From the IMG/VR virus record IMGVR_UViG_3300033998_000198, positions 32,001-96,000 of that record: a stretch of DNA of 64,000 nucleotides; one strand, 5' to 3'. The notes beneath the pieces are model-generated. The model was given only the letters and a program-made list of their open reading frames with translations. It was not told where the DNA came from and made no database searches. Shown here in pieces: positions 19,601 to 28,500 of the stretch. A program made the position numbers and the translations under genes. How positions within the stretch are numbered: the first letter of the stretch is position 1; each line of letters opens with the position of its first letter. Origin of the DNA: a virus.

Positions 19601-22600
19601 CCACAGGGTTCTTCCTGACCTGATAGAAGCAGGAGAGTACGACAGAGCTTCAAGGCAGCTTACAAATACAATGGCTGCTCCTATATTTGGAGGTTCTGGT
19701 TTCTCAGGAAATACAACAGTAGCAATTGACGATATTCTTGCTGAAAAAGCTCTGCGTCCGAACGTATCCGATATTATCACGGCATCGACCGTAGATATGA
19801 CCGGACTTGTAAACTTCATCCCTGAGCTCTATAAAAGAGACGAAGAAATAAGAAATGACCTTAACCGCATACTTGTAAACAACAAAGCGATCGACGACAG
19901 ATTTATTGATAACTGGATAAGGGATATCCAGGCAGGAAACCTCAAACAATTCAGTGACATGGACATCGAGTTACGTGAATGGTACACGATGAATATGTTT
20001 GAAGGTCATAAGATACTGCATAAAATCCGCGACCTTAAAGCTGAAGGAGGACGTTTATTCCAGAAGGAAGTCTCATTACTTGACAGCTTGATTGCAAATG
20101 GAGCTTCGTTCTTTAACAAGGCTGAAAAAGTATCTGAGGGTATTGCTGTATTGGAAAATCCATTTGAGTATGTAACATATGGATTCATGAATGAGCTTTC
20201 CCGTCCTGTCGCAAGGCAATCACTTGCATTTCACGCCCTTGACCCAAGAGAACTTACAGGTGCTTCAGTTAAGCTCGAAGCGGCCGGTATGAAACTTGGA
20301 CAGACTGTAGTTACAGACAAAATGTATAACAAGTATCTGAAAAAGTATAGGTTTGAAACAGGAATTACCGGTGACATAAAGAATTTGAATGACACCGAGA
20401 TACTTGATGCAATAGAATCTCTTGACAAAGAAGAATTATACAAGAAGTATGGTAGGTCAAGAGTTGATAAGGTTATAAATGAATATAAGACAATCGGTAG
20501 TACATTCCAGCAGCACTCATTGATTAATCCGATGCTGACTGCTGACATATACAACAAACCTGAGCTTATAAAATTTGATGTGACAGGCAATAGTTTTGAG
20601 TTTGCCGAAGGGCTTGGTGTTGGTAAAAAAATCAAATCCGGTTCTTTACTCGGATACGAAATAGACGGAGAAACAAGAAGGGCTGTTGTATACAATGGTC
20701 AGGATGGAATAATCTCTGGATTTATCAACAGAAAGAACGCACAAAAAGTTGTCATAAAACCATTTAATGCACAGATAGATGAAATAAAGCTCATCATGGG
20801 AGGTGTTGAAAAATCTGTTGCATCTGTTGTAAACCGAGATGCCGAAATGCTTCCTATAGCTCAGGAAATCTGGGATAAACTATTTGGTAAGAGTACAGCG
20901 GTCGTAGGGCGATTTGAAATAGGAAAGCACGAAGCTGCAAGCATCGCATACGGTAGCACTATTACCAGAATGGCTGAAAGAGCTCTTGAGCATGGAGAAG
21001 CTGTACAGAATGAATTCGCCAATCTTTTAAACCAGAACCTTCCCGAATGGAATGGCCGATGGGAAGGAAACAAGTTTGTCATTTCAGGGAATCCGAATGC
21101 TGCCGGAGGACATTTCAGCGGCATACGAAACCTTGTTGATGCAATGAGAGATAAGGGTATTTATGATGATATCATAGCCGACTTTGACAATCCGAACACA
21201 AATACGCTGCGTACTTTGATATCTAAAGGTCAGATGTCCGAAATGTTTTCTGTCATGGAAGACGAAGCGGATATTTACGGAAAAGGTCTCAAAATTACAG
21301 ACCGTGAGTTACAGATTGCAGGTATTAGATCTGGAGAACAACCGACGGATTTCTTTTTCCAGGATGCCAACGGTAAATGGCAAAAGAAATTACAACCTGT
21401 TATTGACGCATGGCGTGAGGAAATCACACGAGAAAATATCGAGCTTGAGAACGGTAAATTACTTGAAACCAATTACAGCAAAGCAAAGAAAGACCTTAGA
21501 AATATAACCAACACATACAGTGCATTGCGTGGCGAAACACCGACAGCAGCTATTAAAGAACTTCATTTTGATGATGTAAAACCGATATTAAAAGGTGTTG
21601 ATGCTGCAACACTCGAAGATGCTTTAAAAGGGACTGTGTTTGAAGATGTTGCCGATGTGTTTAAGATTACCCTTCCAAATAATATGAAGGTCTTAAACAT
21701 GGTTACAGGCGAAATGGATGACCATATTTATATACCGTATCTGCACTCATACGATATTGACGGCAAGGTTATTACACATAACGCCCACAGAAAATCAGCA
21801 GACCTTCTAAGGATGCTTGACAGTATTGCCGAAGGCAAACTTCCTAACGGCGTAAGAAGCATGAGTCAATTACAGAGTGCATTAAATGACGCTTATGCTG
21901 AAGCTATGGCCGCATACGGGCGTGAACTGTCTGATGACAAGAACAGTATATTAAAGAGACATCTGGTGTCCGGAAGATTATCACATTCGGGACAGGGACT
22001 TGCTGGTGCTGTTGTTTCACCTGAATTATTCAAAAACGGCGAAGTAGATTCACGGCTTGCCGGAATTGTGCATAGCGATGTTGTAGAGAAGGTCGGAGAT
22101 AAAATACTCTATAAGGATGTTGCTTATACATCTGCTGAGATGCTCGAAGACATGGGTGTTAACTTTGCAGAGATAGGGCGGCAGGTTCTTGAAGACAAGA
22201 AAATACGTTCTCAGATTGGTGACGTGGACGCATTTATTGCAAGATCCGGATTTAACCGCTATGATCTTACAAAGGCACCTATAGACATTGACATGCTCCA
22301 TGAGATCATCAAGCAGAAGATACTGAAAGACAACAATCCTTATACAATAGATGATGCAAGGGAAGCCCTTGAGAACCTCACTCAGCTTGGTAAATATTAT
22401 GCAAGAGAAAAGGGTATCATGAGTATAATGCTTCGTTATCCGTCATTCTTGCAAACATCTCTTGGAGTAACAAATATCAGATTGTCTCCTTACATGCATG
22501 GTCGTAAATTCAACATCATGAGTTGGACGGCAGCAGGATTAAACGCCGACATTGACGCTGATAGACTTTCTGTATGGCTCAATCTTACAAAAACCGGAGG

Positions 22601-25523
22601 ACTTCAAGCTGATACTGAAGTTAAACAGAAAGCACTGATAGATGTATTTAACGCTCAAGCAAGAAACAATGCCAAGCTATTTAAGAAGGCTCTTGAAGAT
22701 TATGCCGACGTAGAGCCTGACGGACTCAAGGCTTATAGTGCAAAAGGCTTCGATGAATTTCTTGTCAAGAAGATTTCAAAGAAGTTAGGGTACACCGGAA
22801 CAGATCAGGAAATCTTCGACCAGTTTGATGCAAGATCCAACAAACTGATGGACCCTGAAAGAAGAATGACAGCCGTAAAGGCCAACTTTGACAAGGCCGG
22901 TATCGGTTATATATCAAACACTAATGTGATTGTAAGGGATATAGCTTTTGAACAATTCAGAGATTCTGGTGATATATATACACTTTCAAACATCCTTGAG
23001 TTTACAGACAAGACAGAGCAGAAACTGATTGACGTTAAGCATATGAAAACAATGGGCGAGGGAAGCGGTAATATTGATGATATCATTATCAAAGCCGGAC
23101 GATACAGAACTGCAATAAACACCCTCGCAACAGGTGATGCAAGGCAAAAAGATGAAGCAATCAACAAACTTCGTGAAATTTTGTTCAATAGTGATGTTTA
23201 CAAGAGAGAGCAGTCCGTAAGGGTTGATGAAGTTCTCAGTTCGCTCCGTCAATTGTTTGACAGCAAGTATGCAAAACAATGGACAAACCCAATCAGAAGC
23301 AAGATGTCAGGAAAAAATTATGCCGAACAGATTAAGGACGTCAATAACTTCCTGAAGAATCCCACAGCATACGGCGGGACTGAGTTAACAAATCTTTCTG
23401 TCAATGAAGTGATTCATGCAAATGATATAGACACTATAAGCATTGACGATACAGCTCTTGTTCCTCCATCAAAAGGAACAGAATATCCCGTCTTGCTAAA
23501 GGACAGTGCTGGCAAAACATCTCCACCAATAGGTGCATATGTATATAGTGGTTCAGGTGTTGGTGCCAATACCAATATGAAGTATGTTGAGCTTGAAGAA
23601 TTCATCACAGATCCTTCTGTAAACAAAGCAAGAAGCAAACGTTACAGGATATACGGCAATACAATGGCTGATATCCAGCGTCAGATGAGAGATGAGTTCA
23701 GAGTAGCAACTGACATCAATGATGTCCAGAATTTGATTGATGTTGAGAAGGGTAGAATCCTTGACTCGGCGATGTCAAGCGGTTTTGAGTTCGAGAAAGA
23801 GCGTATTACGGCTGAATTCTTAAACGGTGGAAGTATTGATGATATTTTGGCCAAATCAACCATAGGGGTAGAGAACCGTCAGGATATCATCGATCATCTT
23901 ACCAATCTTAACCCTACTCAATATCAAAGCGAAGCATACAGGCAATTGGCTTCAGAGTTCTTTGACAACGAAATGACTGGCCGGCCAATGCGTAGATTCT
24001 CTGCCGCAGTATCAGAACTGGCTGAAAGAAATTACATTGGAAACCAGGCAAGTCTTATACAGGCATTTAATAACTATATACGGCAACGTGGTGCTGAAGG
24101 CCCTTCAGACAAATGGAATCCTGCAATGATTTCAGATGTCCATGATGAATTAATCCGAAAGGCATTGTATCAGGTTCCAGGTCTTCCATCAGCACAGATA
24201 GAAGGAATCCTAAACCAGGTTAACACCGTAGCGGACGATATGATAGCCCGTAAAGGAGAAATACGGTTAAGACCTGCTAAAGTACAGAATGTTGCCGAGA
24301 CTATTGCAAGAATACAGGATACTCCATTGTATGACATGAAAAGTGCCTTCTCTCAACTTGAGAACATGGCAAACGATATGTTAGGCAATATAACAAAAAC
24401 TCAACTGGAAAGTTTTGCTGAAGCAACACGGCTTAGTCCCGAAGATGCTATCGCAAAACTTAGGCATACTGTAAAGAACGAGAATATCCAACTTCCATTC
24501 AAGGCAATCACTCAGGCTGAAAGCGTTAAGATAGCTTCGCTTAACCAAATGTATTCAGAGCTTCTTGCGTCAAAGAACCAAGAAGCAATGGATTTCCTTG
24601 GCTGGAAACCTATAAATGAAGTTGTCAACGCATACAACCCAAGTGCGGCAGCAAGAGCTGTAGGTGAAACTTACGACCCAATTGCGGCCATACGTGAAAT
24701 TGGCCAATCCAAAGTTACTTATGGAAGATATGCCGGCATGGAGTTCTCGTCATTATCAATCGGGGAGCTCAAGGAAATTATGAATCTCCGTCCTGAAACT
24801 GCAAAGACCAGAATTGAAGCGGACAATATTGTAGCTCTCAAACAAAGAGTAAATCAATATTTCTCATTGCTTGACCAGAATACATCAGCAGTAAGAGCTG
24901 AAGGAATTAGTATAAATATTCCTGAAGCTGTACGCAAATCGAGGTATGTTGATGTAGATATAAACGAACTTTTAAAGTCCAATGGTATAAAGTTAAAGAA
25001 CTTGGACGATTTATTGGATACAACCAAAAGGGACTTAAAATTTGATATGGCTCGTGGTACAATAAAAGAAGGGGTAGAAAATGCTGTCAAGCGTTCCGAA
25101 GATTTGTTTGGAAGCAGTAAGTTCGGAAAGATAGCTCTTGCCGGTTTGGCTCTTGGTCTTGCAGGATATATTGTTGGACAGATGAGTGCAAAACCAGGAC
25201 CGCTACAACCGGAGCATAGACCTTCAGGCGAAGGAGCTCCCGCACCAGATGGAACTTACGAACCGAAAGTCAACTATAAAACACCACAACCGCAGATGCC
25301 AAAGAAAGCAGTAATGCAGGAAAACAATTCTGGAATGCGGATAAAGATAAGTGCAAAGAATGGAACCAGCATGTCAAACAGTGATGTTGCTGGAGCAGTA
25401 AACAAAGCCATCGCTGATTCCTTGCCAAATAGAATGAATGTCAACGTGGTTTCAAGAGACGACACCAGTGCAGTCAATGACAGTTGGTTGGAAGAACAGT
25501 TTAAGAGGCTTATAGGAGGGTGA
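16629..25523 (+). CDS. DEDDh exonuclease fused to single-chain two-barrel (double-psi beta-barrel) RNA polymerase, putative virion RNAP (2964 aa)
   Basis: Exo I MDLETLG (D96,E98), Exo II HNGSKFD (D257), Exo III HVASND (H332,D337). Beta-like KLIMGGVEK (K1387/K1395, spacing 8 as in E. coli beta K1065/K1073). Beta-prime-like LRYP (R1936) and NADIDAD (D1974/1976/1978). Downstream GIGYISN and QKLIDVKH. C-terminal hydrophobic helix. Confidence 0.85.
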   Translation: MAIRPVMSANMNSNLKMNRYSDFFNGMDEEKIDAYKNVRGMIDELKGTEADVSLKDFYFKSFNAGVMDYNIPALEQGMNMFNDMLDAGAGSVYAMDLETLGNPFGDASEKGLFAITEMTLTKKDLATGTVLDVQNVLFGLTEEQRLAYENLIARAELGYNSLTSSEKATIERLARYGAKDTKIINRGGKAILANLGIANPMDLTAAKKGLNRLVDIGPGQAWGSQFARDQLIIASNHLNQIKGPNNILFTHNGSKFDMPAFNEALRMHGISNTINDINHVDFQAAIHTAYGGDTLNLHLTARETNGVKGKIKGALETLDKLAESFGIRTHAHVASNDNRTLINLLTAPYRKTEHGTINLGQDLKSRLNAYSVLSKHQDIDPSTVADKVIFVKNAVYTNGLDYIKTSEGIKPYGDWPLQRNNFYRIENVGKVNIKDTASLRKIGINVPAGSTGSDLYYMTLRNVATGKEEETINIVRSSREELQALFQKNLEVFRYTKDLKDISSDLDAKMALQNQIVSQAMIDETTRLATRDNARRKFEGMFQTSGKGFNYAKGMYQTYNNLYQNGITTAEEAALYIQNNPTSELLRGLQYKGDIIPERRSDFLEMFNLIRDTSDTMTTVINRIESNIPVKGEAGTVKRTVALGRAYENLQNAIMQASGVAENIAKNRKLITPYPMDIDVINIGVDDIHRITVRARSVEEARINILNGIDKLVGTEKNKRARENKRMFYLRRLAENVYGKDSEKLERMFGQLDSAYYTAGEIAGDLNKQFLDGTLNIGRDEIYATDLDSYVINSSTFDQFMVDNNINVLGLTDAASAHIGSLTEASLGDTVVMEKGVFTIKDENLRKLLMEDYHYSADNVHDLMRGLYGKSPDGTEYGLVNKHGLVAELFVDEEGYLSIALTDKKHATELYESLAKNEVPKNAAISRLPQVSYYGDDTDLLKKVSFGSVEKQVTTELNTYYSPGSSESYYNNIRIAARDTTSESLNSLVKLHRVLPDLIEAGEYDRASRQLTNTMAAPIFGGSGFSGNTTVAIDDILAEKALRPNVSDIITASTVDMTGLVNFIPELYKRDEEIRNDLNRILVNNKAIDDRFIDNWIRDIQAGNLKQFSDMDIELREWYTMNMFEGHKILHKIRDLKAEGGRLFQKEVSLLDSLIANGASFFNKAEKVSEGIAVLENPFEYVTYGFMNELSRPVARQSLAFHALDPRELTGASVKLEAAGMKLGQTVVTDKMYNKYLKKYRFETGITGDIKNLNDTEILDAIESLDKEELYKKYGRSRVDKVINEYKTIGSTFQQHSLINPMLTADIYNKPELIKFDVTGNSFEFAEGLGVGKKIKSGSLLGYEIDGETRRAVVYNGQDGIISGFINRKNAQKVVIKPFNAQIDEIKLIMGGVEKSVASVVNRDAEMLPIAQEIWDKLFGKSTAVVGRFEIGKHEAASIAYGSTITRMAERALEHGEAVQNEFANLLNQNLPEWNGRWEGNKFVISGNPNAAGGHFSGIRNLVDAMRDKGIYDDIIADFDNPNTNTLRTLISKGQMSEMFSVMEDEADIYGKGLKITDRELQIAGIRSGEQPTDFFFQDANGKWQKKLQPVIDAWREEITRENIELENGKLLETNYSKAKKDLRNITNTYSALRGETPTAAIKELHFDDVKPILKGVDAATLEDALKGTVFEDVADVFKITLPNNMKVLNMVTGEMDDHIYIPYLHSYDIDGKVITHNAHRKSADLLRMLDSIAEGKLPNGVRSMSQLQSALNDAYAEAMAAYGRELSDDKNSILKRHLVSGRLSHSGQGLAGAVVSPELFKNGEVDSRLAGIVHSDVVEKVGDKILYKDVAYTSAEMLEDMGVNFAEIGRQVLEDKKIRSQIGDVDAFIARSGFNRYDLTKAPIDIDMLHEIIKQKILKDNNPYTIDDAREALENLTQLGKYYAREKGIMSIMLRYPSFLQTSLGVTNIRLSPYMHGRKFNIMSWTAAGLNADIDADRLSVWLNLTKTGGLQADTEVKQKALIDVFNAQARNNAKLFKKALEDYADVEPDGLKAYSAKGFDEFLVKKISKKLGYTGTDQEIFDQFDARSNKLMDPERRMTAVKANFDKAGIGYISNTNVIVRDIAFEQFRDSGDIYTLSNILEFTDKTEQKLIDVKHMKTMGEGSGNIDDIIIKAGRYRTAINTLATGDARQKDEAINKLREILFNSDVYKREQSVRVDEVLSSLRQLFDSKYAKQWTNPIRSKMSGKNYAEQIKDVNNFLKNPTAYGGTELTNLSVNEVIHANDIDTISIDDTALVPPSKGTEYPVLLKDSAGKTSPPIGAYVYSGSGVGANTNMKYVELEEFITDPSVNKARSKRYRIYGNTMADIQRQMRDEFRVATDINDVQNLIDVEKGRILDSAMSSGFEFEKERITAEFLNGGSIDDILAKSTIGVENRQDIIDHLTNLNPTQYQSEAYRQLASEFFDNEMTGRPMRRFSAAVSELAERNYIGNQASLIQAFNNYIRQRGAEGPSDKWNPAMISDVHDELIRKALYQVPGLPSAQIEGILNQVNTVADDMIARKGEIRLRPAKVQNVAETIARIQDTPLYDMKSAFSQLENMANDMLGNITKTQLESFAEATRLSPEDAIAKLRHTVKNENIQLPFKAITQAESVKIASLNQMYSELLASKNQEAMDFLGWKPINEVVNAYNPSAAARAVGETYDPIAAIREIGQSKVTYGRYAGMEFSSLSIGELKEIMNLRPETAKTRIEADNIVALKQRVNQYFSLLDQNTSAVRAEGISINIPEAVRKSRYVDVDINELLKSNGIKLKNLDDLLDTTKRDLKFDMARGTIKEGVENAVKRSEDLFGSSKFGKIALAGLALGLAGYIVGQMSAKPGPLQPEHRPSGEGAPAPDGTYEPKVNYKTPQPQMPKKAVMQENNSGMRIKISAKNGTSMSNSDVAGAVNKAIADSLPNRMNVNVVSRDDTSAVNDSWLEEQFKRLIGG

Positions 25524-25530
25524 GGTCATA

Positions 25531-28500
25531 GTGGCAGACTATAGAAAAAGCACTTCCCTGTTCTCTAAATACAGAGATCCGGGAGGTATTAGCACAGGCG
25601 AGCTATTAGACAGATATTACAACATTCCCGAAGGCAGGACTACAGCTCCCCTGTCTTACCTTGATAATGTCGATTTTCCGCATAGGATATTCGATTTCCA
25701 TTATAACTTCAGACTTGGCGATTGTCAGTTCAAGATCCCTCCGGAATTCATACAGGTAAAGACAATTACCGAAACAAATTCCGTTGTAGGAATTAGACAG
25801 TCTACTTCGCTAAAAACCAAATCCGGGTATAGCCGTAAACAGATCGTTATTACTCTGTTTTTCAACGGACTTAACCAGATCAACGGATATAAATGTGAAT
25901 CGCCTTTTTCATATCCTTACTACATGGACGGTCTCCGGAGTCTTCTTGCTCAATTCAAGAGGACCCCGTTCCTTCCTGTTGTAAATGAACTTATTAATGG
26001 AGTACATGGAATATACAATGTAGCATTATCAAACATTACAATCAACACCGTACAGGGGTTTCCTGAATGTCTCCAGGCGGAACTCACGTTGCTTGACTTT
26101 AACGTCGTACCGTTGATTGAAGCTCCTCCTTTTATGTATCATAACATGATAGACTGGGATATGTTCAGATGGTACTATCAGCAATTACTTCGCCCTGATG
26201 ACAGGGTATACGACAGGAACGAACATGCTACAACAAGACTTCAGCCGATACAGAATACAAACCTTACAGGTAAGTTCGGATTGTATATATTAAGCGAAGA
26301 AGCTCTTGCTGCAATGAACGACGGAAAGTACAAGCCAGACCTAAGCGACAGCAGTAACTATATACTGTGTGTTGACGACGAAACCGGTATACGCCTGACA
26401 GATATATTCTGCGGTTACTCAAACGTGCTTCCTGCAATACAGTTAAGCAAAGAAGGGACGCCTACGTATCAGTATCTTGGAGGTACAGATGCGACGTTTA
26501 CCTTTATATTTGAAACTCAGGACAGAGATGTCGTTACGGCTCTGGTTGACTTAAATGAACGATGCCAGAGGATGGTAAGGGAGTACCGCAAACTTCACGG
26601 CCTCGGCTTCATCAAAATAGAGAACGAATTAGTGCAAATGCTCGGTGCACAGTATGTCATGTTCAATACAATGGACATCACTACTGTGCCCGACTTCCCA
26701 GATTTGTTTAGAATACAGATAGAGGCTGTAAGTTACGATATTGACCAGAGTAAGAAAGAAACATTGACTGGCATGAAGCCTTTCGATGGCGATGGCACAT
26801 TGCTTGCCAGAAAAGTAGGTACAACCTATGATTGGACTGAAGTCGCAGAACCAAACACAACCATCACTAACACTTATATGGGTCTTATCACAAAGATCCG
26901 GCAGGACAATTACATAGAACACAAGATGAAGCTCATGGACCTTTATCCGGACCTTCAGCTACCTACGTTTGAAGAATTGGATGATTTTATCACAACCATA
27001 AGAGAATGGAGAAGGAGTAAGGGGCTTCAGGCATATCCTTTGTCTGGACCGTACCCGAAAGACGACGGTAGAATTAAATTCTCAGATCCTGATTTCTACG
27101 TTTTCTACCCTATTAAATACGGAGACGCACAGAATATTATAACAGGAACCGGAGGAAATGTAGGAGGAGAAACTTACGATCCTGATGACGGTGCAATTTC
27201 AGTTGCCGGTATATTCAAGTCTGGATTGTATGGTGCAACAGAAACTACGCCCGGACAGCACCCAAAGACACAAGAATTGCTTAAACTTCTTGAGAGCAAA
27301 ATAGGATGCGGATATGTATGGGGTGCTGAAGGAGAGATTCTTACTCAGGAAGGTCTTGCTGCCTTAAAGAAGCAATTTGGAGCAAGTCATTATGATTTTG
27401 TTGATGATGATGGCACTCGTGTTCTTGCAAGTAAATGGATAGGTAAACAGGTGTTCGACTGCTCTGGATTTATTAACTGGGGGCTTATCCAGGTTGGAAT
27501 TGCTCCAAAAGGATACAGAACCACACATTCAACTACTTTTAATGACTGGTGTATCGAAATCAAAAAGAGCGAAATACTCCCTGGCGATATAGCCATGAAT
27601 TCAACCCATATCGCAATGATATCTGATCCTGACAAAGATCAAACAATCGAGGCTATGGGTACACGGTACGGTGTTGTTCACGGAAAGATAGGGAATAGAT
27701 TCACAAAGTTTGGAAGACTAAAAGGCGGAAAGACAAAGAGCTCAACAACTCCAACACCGAATGCCGCAACTCAACAGGTTAGCAAGGCACAGACTACAGA
27801 TTACAATGCAAAGCGTGATGCTTATAACCCGACATACCAGGCAATTTACGATTATGCAAACATACAGTGCACAAAGCTCGGCGTTCCAATTCGTCTAATG
27901 TGTGCAATGATGGAGATAGAAAGTAATTGGACACAATGGTGGACGACAGCAGGGAAGAAAGCGGATGGCAAGTACCATAACGCAGGAGATGTTGTAAGGT
28001 CTTACGCAAATGCTGTTGGTATCTGCCAAATTGTGCACCATAGTCCTAACGGTACTCCTGTCAATAATCAATACGATTATGACAAACTGCAAAATGACTG
28101 GAGATATAATATAGAGTGCGGGGCCAAAGAACTTTATGAATGCTATAAGGGGGCATCACAAAGATTTACAAATGAAGAAGACCGAGCAAGAGCTGCATGG
28201 TGTGCATATAACATGGGGCGTTATGCAAGTCAGAGCTATACAAGATGGAGAGATAACCCTAACAGGGATGATATAAAGTTTAAGGAATATTATGAGAAGC
28301 AACCCTGGTTATCGAGAATTGACACCGCAAAGATTCCGACTTCCAATGGGACAGATTACACTGGAAGCGTAGAAGTTCCAGAAACCGACCTTAGTGTTAC
28401 AAACAACTTTGCAAGTCTTAACTTCAACAGGGAGGAATTCGGCAAAGATATACGCAGACTGTCCGACATCCACGGCGGTGTAAAAGAAACCAAGAACTTT

